The notes beneath the pieces were generated by a model. It worked only from the letters and a program-made list of their open reading frames with translations. It searched no databases and was not told the DNA's origin. Below, piece after piece: positions 28,217-40,614 of a stretch of DNA of 64,000 bases. The stretch comes from Eledone cirrhosa (Eukaryota). The DNA is taken from assembly GCA_964016885.1 (NCBI GenBank), contig OZ024740.1, positions 87,668,001 to 87,732,000 on the forward strand, written 5' to 3'. Position numbers and translations under genes: made by a program. Position 1 is the first letter of the stretch. Each line of letters begins with the position of its first letter.

Positions 28217-28313
28217 ATAGATATACATGCATACATATACATACATAGGTATACATACATATATACATGTGTGTGTGTTATTGATGGACAAGAGAATGAA
28301 TTCTCAGAACTCC

Positions 28314-28425
28314 ATTTATTACAGCTAAGTAGTGAGCCTTGTTACTCTGGAGTTTTATCTGTGCATTCTTTTAGGGTGCAGGTGAAATCCAGAGTAACAA
28401 GGCTCACTACTTAGCTATAATAAAT
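28314..28425. repeat. Fold-back (inverted pair) of the hammerhead-bearing repeat
   Basis: 28323-28350 agctaagtagtgagccttgttactctgg is the exact reverse complement of 28389-28416; the stem extends outward and inward with G-U pairs. Confidence 0.9.
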
Positions 28426-28594
28426 ATATGCCCACTTTCCATGTTAGCACAGTTTGGAAATGTTGTGGTCTGAGACTAAATGGTCAAGGAATCATGTTTT
28501 GATTCATACATTACATGTGACAGATATATAAACTCTATACTTTGGTTATTAGCTTTATAGGTTTGGTGAAGGATAGTCAGGTAAATTATTTAGG

Positions 28595-28749
28595 TTCAGC
28601 AATGTAGCAGCAGGATTAATAATTAGTCTTTGCTACATTGCACATGAAAACAAGGTAGCAGAACATAGGGCCTCTTCTCTCTAGCATATCCTATTTCAAT
28701 TTTCTATTAACAGAAGTAATCTTACTTTCTAAATGTTTGTTTATTACAG
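28595..28749 (-). repeat. Inverted copy of the repeat at 16157-16316
   Basis: Direct reverse-complement similarity over ~150 bp. Confidence 0.85.
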
Positions 28750-29459
28750 CAGGTAAATATGTACTAATATAATAAACATCCATATATATATACTTACATT
28801 ATATAATATATATATATATATATTATATATATATATATATATATAAGTGGTTGATGGTAGGAAGGGCATCCAGCCACTTTTCCAGCCTATATTTGGTGTG
28901 CTGAGTCCATTTTCTCCTGTAGGAGAAAATGGACTCCTGTAGGAGAAAATGGACTCAACACACCAAATTGCAATATAAAAATGTATTATGTTCCAGGTTG
29001 TAGGCTAGTTTTTCACAGGGGCATATTTTTTGCAGAATATCTTAAGCTATGTCACTTGATTTCCTAAATTTGCTCTTTTATAGCTCATGACAAAAAAGAA
29101 AAAGAAAAATATTCTATACCTCTAAGCAATAGACATTAGAACAAGTTACTGATTAGAAAAATAATTCAGTTAAAGTAATTATGTAAATTAGAATAATTTT
29201 TTTTTAATGTTTTCATAGAAGATTAAAAAAATATGAAGGAGCATAGTTTTATTATAGGTTCAATATTTGTTTTGTTTTTTGTGCACATTTATGAAATTCA
29301 GCATGAACCACTTTCTGAATTGTTTGATGCAACAATTCTGAGTGAATCAGCATTCTTAGTTCAACATTAGATTGCCAGCATCTTTTTATCCAAAGTATTG
29401 TGAATTCATGTGATTATATTTATTTCAGGTTTTACTAAATAGACATGTACAAATACATA

Positions 29460-29750
29460 TGTGTGAGTTCAATTCTCAGACTGGGTGATGTGTTGTTTCC
29501 TTGAGCAAGACACTTTATTTCACATTGCTCCAGTTTACTCAGCTGTAGAAATGAGATGATAGGGACTGGGGTCCATATCATTCCACTGCAAAGTGGACGT
29601 GGAGGTGCCACGGCAAAAAAGCACCCAGCACTCACTGTAAATGAGGTTGGTGTTAGGAAGGGCATCCAGCTGTAGAAATCAAGCCAGAATCAGTTCCCGT
29701 CCCACCCTTGCAAGCAGGGAAAAAGCGGACGTAAAAAGATGATGATGAAA
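29460..29750 (+). mobile_element. CORE-type tRNA SINE with RTE-derived 3' tail
   Basis: gagttcaattc B-box, gtgttgtttccttgagcaagacactttatttcacattgctccagtttactcagctgtagaaatgag core, ggtgttaggaagggcatccag shared with the RTE 3' UTR (8391-8410), gatgatgat tail. Confidence 0.85.
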
Positions 29751-30652
29751 AGATGATATATATAAAACTGACAAACCATGAGGTTGCAGTGGGTATTGCC
29801 TTTGCCATTTTGTCTGTATGCAGCCAAAACAACAGTCTGACTTTGTTTGACTAAATATTAAATTCTTTATTATTATTTAAGTAATTTAAAAACAAACCAA
29901 AAACTAACATATAGTGAAATAAATAACATCAGCAATTATGGTCATTTTATACAGCAAACATAATAAAGAACCACAAAAAGTAGACAGAATATCTCCCTTC
30001 CACCAAATCTATGATTTTGACCCCTTCTTTTAATAGAAACCCAAATAGAAATAGGGGAGTCTAAAACCTCAAAAACCATCAAAATGGCTACACAAATCCC
30101 CAATATATTCCTGGAGTGGGTTTCCATTGGTTTTGATAACTATTTCAATTGTTTGAACAACAGAACAGTTTGCTCATGAAAATAACATGCACATGATTGA
30201 ACACTCCACAGACATGTGTACTCTTAACTTAATTCTCAGGGAGATTCAGCATGACAAAACTTGCCTTTTGCAATACAGATACAATCCATCTAATAGCTTC
30301 TACCCACCCAATTTCACTCCCAAGTTTACTTGTAAATGTCATATATGCCTAAGATGACTTGATAAATGTCACATCCATCTTAGATACCAAGGTCCCAAGG
30401 GAATCACTACACTCAACATTTAAAGGTGTGTAGCCTAGTGATAACAGTGTTAAACTGATAATCATAAGGTTGTTAATTTGATTCTTGGACTGGACAGCAT
30501 ACTGTATTGCTGAGTAAGATGTTTCATCTCCTATTGCTTTTAATGATATGACTGGTGCCCTGCCATTAAAACACCAAATATGCAAAAGGGTTAGCTTTTG
30601 TGTCCATCCTCAAATCTTCTAGAAAACCACTCTTTAGATATCACTAAATTAC

Positions 30653-30708
30653 CTTTCTCTCATACATGTAGGTTTCGCAAATTCAAACAATTATAAACGA
30701 CCACTGCA
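30653..30708 (-). other. Candidate small exon of the minus-strand gene
   Basis: Acceptor ttttctgttttgtaactag| and donor AAG|GTAATT; all three through-frames closed but ATG TAT GAG AGA AAG| is open to the donor; keeps CpGs in a CpG-poor region. Confidence 0.3.
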
Positions 30709-31856
30709 CTAGTTACAAAACAGAAAATACATGATGGCTTCAAAATAAACATACCATTTTCTCTACTATCAAATCTTGATTCCATTCCCTGCTATCCACT
30801 TATACTAAATATAATTCTCTTATACACACACACTTTTTTACTTGATAGGTCTAGTGGAAGGGGCAGTGCTCTTAGCATTCACACATCCTCCGAGACTGGA
30901 GAAATCGATGCCATTGATATTCTATGTGTATGTGTGCATACATACACACACACAAACAAACATACATATGCATATAGAAACACAAACAAACATGTATATA
31001 CAATATATAATAATATAATAATGATGATAAATATATATAAAAGAAAAGTAAGAAGCATATATCAGTTATTTACTATTGATCCAGACAGAAGTTGAGAGGT
31101 ATATAACTTTACAAACAATCAGTATTGCCTGAAAACACTGGAAATATAACGAACTTCCCATTTAGTAAAGAAGAAAAAAAATGATAAAAGCACAAAACAA
31201 AATACCATGTTATGAAAGTAGAGTGTTTCTTGGAAATATAGATATAATTTGATCTGACACACACACACGATGACATATACACATACAAGCGTGCATAGAG
31301 AGAGAGAGAGAGCAAAAAAAAAGAAAAAGACAAAACAAGAGAGAATATGGTAAAAGTTAGTCCATATCTTTTCATCAGATTGTAGAGAGAGGAAGACAAA
31401 CTAAAGAAAACTAGGATAAAAAGAAGAAAATCAGGGAGAGAGCTGACAAAGTCTGTATAATGTTGCTAAGGCAAGTCTGCTGTGACAGGAGAGCTAGAAT
31501 AAAAGGAGATAAGTTAAATATCCACACATAATAGTATGCATACTCTCCTACACAAATATTTACCCATATAAGCACATTCAAATATGAATATATTCCATGC
31601 AATTCTGAAAGCGTTTAGATGAAATTTTGTTTTTAGCCTGATTAACAAGACTGATGAGCAGATTGATGTTGTGGTCAAGCCTATAAAATAAGAATATGAA
31701 CCTTGAGCCAATCATCTGTGAAATATTCCTAAGGGTTTAATATTCAATAAAATATGTTGTGAAACTTCATCTTGTTATACTTAATTTTTACACTCTACCT
31801 TAGAGTTACTAATGGTGCCCACAAAGTTACTGAAATTATTGAATAAACTCAAACAT

Positions 31857-32572
31857 ATCATCATCAACGTTTAACGTCCGTGTTCCACGCTTGCATGGGT
31901 TTGGACGGGGGTAGTCCCACTTGAGGCAAGAGTGATTGTCTTGCTCGCATAGGACTGTCTGGCAGGTTTTCTACAGTTGGATGCCCTTCCTAACACCAAC
32001 CACATTTACAGTGTGGGTCTGGGAGGTTTTTACCGTGTTGCCTACACGGCCACATTACAGCGTGGACTGTGTGTTTTTTTGTCGTGACACCTACACAATC
32101 TCATTTGTTTCGGCCTCGATGGCGCGGCACCAACATAACTTTACATAGAACGGGGTGGTGTGGATGGGGTGGGGGGTGGTGGTGGTGGGACGGGGTGTAT
32201 TTTGTTAGAGATGCCTACTGGCTGGAGTAGGTTTTACTATATATTTAGGTAAGGCGGGTCTTCTCTGTTACTGAGTACCGCCAAAGGTCTCGGTCCAGTG
32301 ACATTGTCTTGGAGAGGTGTAAGTGTGTGATGTCGGAGTTTATCAGCTCGTCCCAGGTTTTTCTAGGTCTGCCTATTCCGTGACTACCGTCTATCTTTAT
32401 TGCCCTGCACTTTGTTATACAGCTATCGACTTTCATGCGCATCACGTGTCCATACCAACGTAGCCTTCTCTCGAGTAAACAACATCTGATCCCTCTTATC
32501 TCTAATTTTTTCCTTAGTTCGTTTATGCTTTGCCGTTCACGTATATTACTGTTACACATCCAGCGGAGCATG
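31857..32572 (-). mobile_element. RTE LINE 3' end, same family as 7261-8535
   Basis: ORF 32245..32652(-): [67 protein letters not shown], followed by the full 3' UTR and (CAT)n tail. Confidence 0.95.
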
Positions 32573-33236
32573 CAATATATATATATATATATATAAACAC
32601 CCTTGCTAGCAGGGAAAAGCGGACGTAAAATGATGATGATGATGACAAACATACAGATATATACATAGAAGTTTACACATATGTAGGGACCCGTAGGGAT
32701 GCCGTAGTGCTATATTGCGTTTCTAGGGCGTTTTAAGCCTGTCAGAGCCCATCCTTCTCCAGGTCTGAACTCAGCACATCTCTCCCAGAGAAGGAAAGAA
32801 ATGATTACTAAAATATGAGGTGTGAAATTTCCACCAAATGCCCATTTACAAATAACTCCTAGCTAATTTAAATTCAATAGAATCTAATTAGATGCCTAAC
32901 ACACATTTTTTGTGTGTGTATAAGCCTGTTACCTGACATTCTCTTCTAAGATTTGACCATACACAACATGCACCAACAGAATTCATCAACCCGTGGTCAC
33001 TGAAAAAGAACCCTTAAAGCAGGAAATACCTTCACTTGAATCATATTCTCATGAACAATGATATACTTAGCATGAAACTTAAAAGCAATGGAAAAGTAGA
33101 TATTTTATCTATTCATAAGAAATTTATTCACTCTATACAACAGAGCTGTATCATTTTTGTCTGTGAAACCACTTATAATCTATTATGTGTGTTGATACAT
33201 ATATGTTTTGGTGTGTGTATGCACAGACACACACAC

Positions 33237-33303
<67 letters not shown>

Positions 33304-33834
33304 ATGGATACTTATAATAATCTCAAAGTTATACACACATTTCTTCCCAAGGGAAACACAGCTTAGGAATAATAATAAAGTTTTGACAAGTAATGCAATA
33401 TTTGTGCAAAATCTAAAACCATTAGGGGTCTATTTTGTATGACTTGACCTGTTGTTTTGGTTAGTAAAACTTTACTTTCGGCTACCAAGTTGATGTTCAC
33501 CTTGAATCTTACAGCTTACTTTTGTGAGCTTCCATAAATTTTCTTCAGTTGAAATCATCTTTACTAATCATGGTTTTTCTCCTCTGAGGATGAAACTAAA
33601 AGTGGTTGTTTCTCTGTGAATAATGGTCGCATTAAATGTACTGAAGCATTAACCAATATTAGAATATGGATATATATATTTTTTTTTTCCCTCCCACCAT
33701 CTTTTTTGACTTTGTCTTTTTCCTTGTTTTTATCTTATTACTATTATACGTGTGAAGAAATAGGTGTATTGCATTATATGTATGTATATATGTTATAAAG
33801 TAAGAAGAAGTGTGAAGTGTAAAAACATCAGAGG

Positions 33835-33963
33835 CCAATGTTATCGAAGAACTAATATGACCTTGTATTTGTGAGCCAATCAGAAGTAAGACTAAGCTTT
33901 ATAGGAAAAGCGCAATTACATCAAGAGAAGAAACATTACACTCTTGAAAGGGAACTGACCAAT
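33835..33963 (+). promoter_or_regulatory. Triple CCAAT-box cluster
   Basis: ggCCAATg 33835, agCCAATcag 33876, gaCCAATatg 33959, same strand, spaced 41 and 83 bp. Confidence 0.3.
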
Positions 33964-34934
33964 ATGAGGGAGATATTGATTTCCTATTTGTGGATGTTTC
34001 ACAGTCCCCTTTGGGAAAAAAAATGAAGAAAGCAATATTATTGTCTAAATCGATTCAGTATATTACTGGTTCTTATTTATTCCATCGACCCTGGAGGGAT
34101 GAAAGACTAAGTTGAACATACAAGAAACTGAACTCAAAGAACCCTGTCCATTAAGCTTGATACTCGTGTTGCATTATATACTGTTATGATAAATGACAAA
34201 TATTTATATAGCAAATATTTACATGCAAAGAAAGTCTGGGTAAATTTTCCATATATTGTTACATGTGCAACAATATGCACAGCTCTTCAAACAAATGTCT
34301 CACTAGTAGTTCTATTGACTCTAGAGGAATCAAAGACTAAATTGATCATACAAAGAATTGAACTAAAAAACAAAACCCATCTATAAAGCTAGATAATCGT
34401 ACTGAAATGTATATTATTATGATAAATGATAAATATCTATGCAGCAGAGTTAGAAACATACAAAGGAATTCTAAGAAATCCTCCATACCTCATCATATTA
34501 CATCAGCACTTTGAGAAATCGTCTTCTATCCTAATCTCAAGGTGATCCAAAAACTGTAGCGAAACTGGATAGAGAGTAACTGTAGATAATTGCAGTCCTA
34601 GTTACATTATGTAAGAAAAAAAACTGTGGTTATGTCTGTAACACATTTAATTCTTGGTTTGTTCAGCTAATGCAGATCCTAGATCAAACAATAAAAAGAG
34701 ATAGGTACTTTCAACTTGATACTTTGAATCAAATTGATTCAAAGGCTCCATGATTAGATAATATTCATAATGTATGTTTATTGTTGCCAAATCCATCTTT
34801 ACTAAGTCACTTGTAATGCAGTTCAGCCATCTTTAATGCCTGATCTTGGGATGTGTTCATGGACGTTGCAAAGCTTAGGCATATTAAAATTCAGAGTTTT
34901 GAGAAATATAATGGTCTATCACTAGGTCAATAAT

Positions 34935-35385
34935 GAATACAGTGGTGAGAAACTTTTATGTGGTAAAATGTTTACTAAACAATGATTTTACATGGAAATA
35001 TTACTGAATATTGCAGTGAAATTTGTAAGAAAATATTCTCTTTAAAACATGAAGATTTCATGCATAAAAAACATGCAGAATGAGAAAAAAAACCTACCAC
35101 TGTGAAATATGTAAAACTTATTTTGTATATAACAGTATTTTAAAATAACACAACCCATGTCAGCATGGAAGAACGAACATTAAATGATGATGATGATAAC
35201 AAAAGCAAAACTATTTCACTGTGAAATGTGTGCAAAATCTTTCATTAAGAACTTGAAACTTGTTATTCACAGACATAACCACACTGGAGAAAAACACTAT
35301 CATTGTTAAATATATGGGAAATTCTTTGTCTCTAATGTTATATTAACAATGCACAAAAGAATATACACTAGAGAAATTTCATCTG
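34935..35385 (+). pseudogene. C2H2 zinc-finger gene relic
   Basis: FHCEMCAKSFIKNLKLVIHRHNHTGEKHYHC*IYGKFFVSNVILTMHKRIYTRE at ~35214-35375 (TGEK linker, CxxC..HxxxH); further decayed fingers upstream (YHCEICK ~35095; GEK..CGKMF ~34945); interrupted by a short RTE-tail insert at ~35152-35197. Confidence 0.85.
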
Positions 35386-35520
35386 GTGATATACACATAT
35401 ACACATATACACATATACCTATGAAATAGAAATACTGAAATACATATTTATTCACTAAAAGCATTAACTAATAATAAATGTAGCTATTTAGAAAATAAAT
35501 GAAAAAACAAAACACACACA

Positions 35521-35748
35521 AATCTACAGAGACAAAGACAGACTCAGACAGACAGGCAGATAATCAGACAGACAGGTAGCCATAGCTAGTCAGACATTTA
35601 GACAGGAACATAGAGTCAGATGGACAGGCACAAACAAACACAGGTAGACACAGGCAGGCACAGACAGAGAGACAGGCTGACAGACACAGGGTGGCACAGA
35701 CAGACAGAAAGACATGCAGACAGACAGACAGACAAACTGACAGACAGT
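35521..35748 (+). repeat. Degenerate (CAGA)n simple repeat
   Basis: Runs of cagacagacagg/cacagacaga. Confidence 0.85.
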
Positions 35749-35865
35749 TTGGTAGCATTTCCTGTCAAAAGATGGTATTGAAAAATAAAACAAGTGACAC
35801 AACTTGACATGCTGGTGGGACATGTGTAGCTCATGGCACAGCAGTTTTGTGTATATAATGGTACA

Positions 35866-36100
35866 TTGGTGGGTGTGTATAACACAGGAAACTGGCAGGG
35901 GTGAGTATAACACGGGAAACTGGTGGGTGAGTATAACACAGGAATCTGGTGGGTGAGTATAACACAGGAATCTGGTGGGGGGGGGGGGGGGGTATAACAC
36001 AGGAAAATTGTGGGGTGTGTATATCAGCACACCAGTGTGTGTATAATGGTAGATTGGTTGGTGTGTATAACATGGGACACACATGGATGTGTATAACAGA
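35866..36100 (+). repeat. 26 bp minisatellite
   Basis: About five good copies of ctggtgggtgagtataacacaggaa(a/t) plus decayed copies; one unit carries a poly-G expansion. Confidence 0.9.
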
Positions 36101-36214
36101 GGAGAGGGGGTGATGTGAAGGAAAGAAGCTGGATATTGAGAGGGTAATGAGGGAGGGAAAGACAGGATGAGAGAAGTGAAGAAGTTGGCATGAATCATGA
36201 TATATGTGATAATG

Positions 36215-37553
36215 ATAATTGTTTCTACTTTAGGCACAAGGCCAGCAATTACCCAGTACATTACTGGTAGTTTATTTTATCAACCCCCGTAAGGATGAAA
36301 GGCAAAGTTAACTTCGGCAGGATTTGAACTCAGAATGGCAAGGGCCGTAACTCCATGCATCAAAGCATGGCGTCCGACCCTTTACCGATACTGCCAATCA
36401 CCAAATATAATATTGCAAGATCAGTGATAATGATGATAATAATTTCATTATTTATTGTGATAATGACAATCATGATAATTTCTTTATTATTTATTTATCT
36501 ACTTATAACGATGATAATAATGATACCATATATACTATTGTGATAATGATGATGATACCAAATATAATTTTATAATAATAGGGATAAAGAAAAATAATTG
36601 TTTCTACTTTAGGCACAAGGCCAGCAATCACCAGTTCATTACTGGTACTTTATTTTATCGACCCCGTAAGGATGAAAGGCAAAGTCAACCTCGGTGGTTT
36701 CTGATTTAGACACTTGGCCAACAATTGTGAGGGAAAGGAAAGTTGATTAAATCAGCTCCAGTGCATTACTGGTACTTTATCTTAACCCTGTAAGAATGAA
36801 AGGCAAAGCTAACCTCAGCAGGATTTGAACTCAGAATGTAAAGGACCTTAACTATATACTGTGAAGCACGTTCGACACTCTACTGAAACTGCCAAGCCAC
36901 TGCCCTGTATGATAATAATGATGTCTAATTTAAGTACAAGGCCAGCAAATTTGGGGTTGGGCAAAGTTAATTATATCAACCTCAATACTTAACTGGTACT
37001 TTATTTTATTGTCTCCAAAATGATGAAAAGCATGTAAATCTCAATGGTATTCGATCTCAGAATTTAGAAAGATACGATCACTCAATACTGCCATTCTACT
37101 ACCCTCTGTGATAATTATACCTAAAATCTAAAATTATTTCTATTTTTGGCACAAGGCCAGCAATTATCTCAGTGCATTACTGGTACTTTATTTTATTGAC
37201 CCCATAAGGATGAAAGACAAAGTTAACCTCAGCAGGATATGAACTCAGAAAATCTAAAATGATATTGCAATAATAACAATGATAATGATATTAAATATAA
37301 TATTGTAATCATATTGTAATCATATTGTAATCATACTGATAATGATACCAGAAATATAAATACTATTAATAATTGTTTCTACTTTAGGCACAAGGCCAGC
37401 AATTATCCAGTGCATTACTGGTACTTTATTTTATCGACCCCGTAAGGATGAAAGGCAAAGTCAACCTCGGCGGGATTTGAACTCAGATCGTAAAGGGACG
37501 TAACTATGCTGGAAAGCATGGCGTCCGACTCTCTACCGATACTGCCAATCCAC
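36215..37553 (-). mobile_element. Head-to-tail array of ~6 Meta-like tRNA SINE copies
   Basis: aattgtttctactttaggcacaaggccagcaatt..actggtactttattttatcgaccccgtaaggatgaaaggcaaagt recurs at ~36216, 36596, 36712, 36925, 37133 and 37371, separated by (ATA/ATG)n. Confidence 0.9.
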
Positions 37554-38599
37554 AATGATTATAAAACATACATAATAATAATAGTAATAATAGAAATGCT
37601 CTAGGCATAAGTAATGTATCTGTAAAAGGGAACAATGTGAAGTATGTAAAACAAAGTGAATAGGTTGTAAGAGTATGGAGATAATCTATAGGTAAGTGGT
37701 TTGAGTGAAAATTGGTACAAAAGAAATAGCTGTCAGGGAGACTGTTGGATCAGCTGTTTGTTAATTGAGATGATAATATAAATAACAAAACTAGAATTTA
37801 GAAAAATAATAATAATAGTGAATTGAGGTTTGCAGAATAAGAATTCCAAAATCACAATAACTTATTGGTATGAAGATAAGAATTTCATAAATCAGTGGAA
37901 CTTACTGGTAAAGAACTGATATGAAAATAAGAAAAAAAACGAAGATAAGGAAGAAATATGATAGAGCTTGTGGATAAGCAAAAGTAAAATTTTAATGCAA
38001 GTGTGGAACTTATTAGAGCAATGGAATAAACAAATATACTGCTATAGATATGGACTAAAGATAAAAATGGGATATAGTTATTATAGTTATAGAGTTGGAA
38101 TCAAGAAAAAAATATATAACAAAAATCCTATAACAATCTTGTGGAAGAGATAATATCTATGTGTAAGAGAGAAAAAAAAATCAGAAATACATTATTATAC
38201 ATTAAAATTATGGAATAACAACTGGAATAATTGAAAAATATTGATAAATAAGGTGATTGCATATAAATAGTATTAAAATTGTATGGAAAGGTTGTGATAA
38301 TGATACAATGATTTTATAATTGAGATGTGATGGGGTTGTAAGAAAATTATATGGAAAAAAAACAAACTAGGAGAGAATGTGAAAAATTACTAAAAAATTG
38401 TGGGGAAAACATACAAAAATTTGAAACAATGTAAAAATGTGTCGGCGATATGTTCAAGTGTAAAAATAAGAAGATACAAAAAATACTTGAGAGGGAGAGT
38501 GGCAGTTTTTGTATTGTAGACATGGTTCCTGAAGGTAAATGATACCTGGAGAGAGAGGGGGCGCAGGGGTCAGTTAGGGAAATGGTATAGATTTGAAGT

Positions 38600-38885
38600 A
38601 TTAGTGTGTTTTAAAGATTTCATAGCAACTTGTATATAAACTGTTGATGTGTCAATTGAATAGAAATTCTTTGGTTTTATAGCCATCACATCATCCTATT
38701 ACCTGTATGGGACTTGGTTCTAGTGTGTGTCTTTAATTTGGCATATCTTTGGTTATGGATTTCCCAAATCAGGTTGAGAGAGAATGTTTTTCTCCTGGAG
38801 TTATTTTCATAAGACATTGTGTGCTGATTATATCTGGTTTTGAAAGTGTTAGCAGTGAAGCTGTTTTGTAGATTTAGCAATGATT
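38600..38885 (-). mobile_element. Penelope-like element, GIY-YIG endonuclease C-terminal remnant
   Basis: ORF 38686..38952(-) contains TANTFKTRYNQHTMSY..RRKT.SL..IWEI, matching the F-K-x-R-Y-x-x-H..LS..IW segment of Penelope endonucleases; AT-rich tail to ~37600. Confidence 0.7.
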
Positions 38886-39350
38886 TTATATTTGTTTCGT
38901 TAACATTTTCCATCTCCAGATCTGCTGGCTTTGTGCCAAAATTACAAACCATTATTTATAAACTCTCAGCAACTCCCTAATCCTCCTCAATGCCTTTTGG
39001 CCCATTCTCTGCCTCCAGTTCCATCACATATGTCTCCCCTCCCTTTCTGTGTGCCCATCTCTTATTTCTTAACCCCACCTACACAGAGACATGCAGAGGG
39101 ATGCCTCATTCCCAGTGGCCTTTGAAAACACTGATCAAAGATTTATGATTTCCCTATTTTTAGATAGTTGTTCACCCTATGCTGGGTTCAACCATTTTTT
39201 ATACAGCTTTTGTTTTGGTCCTGCTGAGTTTCTAGTAACCTTCTGCCAAGATAGCTTTGTTATGGTGCCAGTTTAGTCACTGATGACTTGATCATACATT
39301 ATGCTGCTTGAGTGTGCTATTCACACATTTATATACAAACACACACACGC

Positions 39351-39387
<37 letters not shown>

Positions 39388-39480
39388 GGCACACATATAT
39401 ATCATCATCATAATCACCTTTTTTACATCCACATTTCCAAGCTTGCATTGGTTGAATGTATCTGCATATGTCTGTGTGTG

Positions 39481-39524
<44 letters not shown>

Positions 39525-40111
39525 TATGTTTATAAATGTAAAAAAAAAACAAAAAACAAAAAGGAAATTGAATTTCCAGGTTTAGCTAGCCTCCTACAAA
39601 TTTGTATTACATAGATTTTTTGGGGTGTTTTAACTAGAGGGGTGGCCAGTCCTATCATGAAAAGTAACATGAAATGATGCCTCTTACTCAAGTACATGTG
39701 TGACTATCCCAGGAATCAAACCTATAACCTTACAGTCATGAGGTGATTAACCAAATCATGAAACCATGCTAGTGTGGAAAAATGGACATAAAACCGTGAT
39801 GATAATGATATAACAATACACACACACATATATATATGTACATGTTAATATCTAAACATATAAAGAAAAGAATATAAATTCCTGCCTTGTTAATCTTCAT
39901 TTAAACATTTTTGTAAATCATTTGATTCATTTTCCTTTTGCTGTTTCATTCCATCTCGCCTTTCATCTGAATCTTATTATGCAAGAATTAATATGAGAAA
40001 TATAATTAAAACTGGATTACTATAATTATGAACTATCACGAAAATTTAACATATCTTAAACTTTCATGAGACAATAATAGCAGCTACAAACATAGCGATC
40101 CTCTTTGTGTA

Positions 40112-40467
40112 ATAATTGTATCTACTTTTGGCACAAGGCCAGCAATTGCCCAGTGTATTACTGGTACTTTATTTTATTGAACCCATAAGAATGAAAGGCA
40201 AAGTTAACCTCGGCAGGATTTGAACTCAGAATGGAAGGGCCGTATATCTATGCGTCAAAGCATGGCGTTCGACCCTCTACCGATACTGCCAATTCACCAA
40301 ATAATGGTTTTTGATTTAGGCACAAGTCCAGTAATTTTAGGAGAGGAGGAAGGAAAGTCGATTAAATTGACCAGTTCGTTACTGGTACTTTATTTTTTGA
40401 CCTCATAAAGATGAAAGAAAAAGCTACACTCAGCAGGATTTGAACTCAGAAGTTAAAGGGCTGTAAC
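40112..40467 (-). mobile_element. Two tandem Meta-like SINE copies
   Basis: Same consensus as 36215-36405, repeated twice. Confidence 0.85.
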
Positions 40468-40583
40468 TTTTTTTTTTTTTTTACATTCTAAGTTCAAATC
40501 CCATGGAGGTTTTTTTATTTTCAGAAATTTTATCATTTTGACATTGCTTTAGAAACTAAATTGTGTGAGTGTGTGTGTTGTGT

Positions 40584-40614
<31 letters not shown>

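Noticed and set aside
28539-28560. miR-9-like string ctttggttattagctttata
   Set aside because: Several differences from miR-9 and no complementary star arm downstream.
35590-36261. 223 aa ORF and the 26 bp repeat as a possible CRISPR-like array
   Set aside because: The ORF is a translation of the minisatellite and (CAGA)n; units are contiguous with no unique spacers, and the DNA is eukaryotic.
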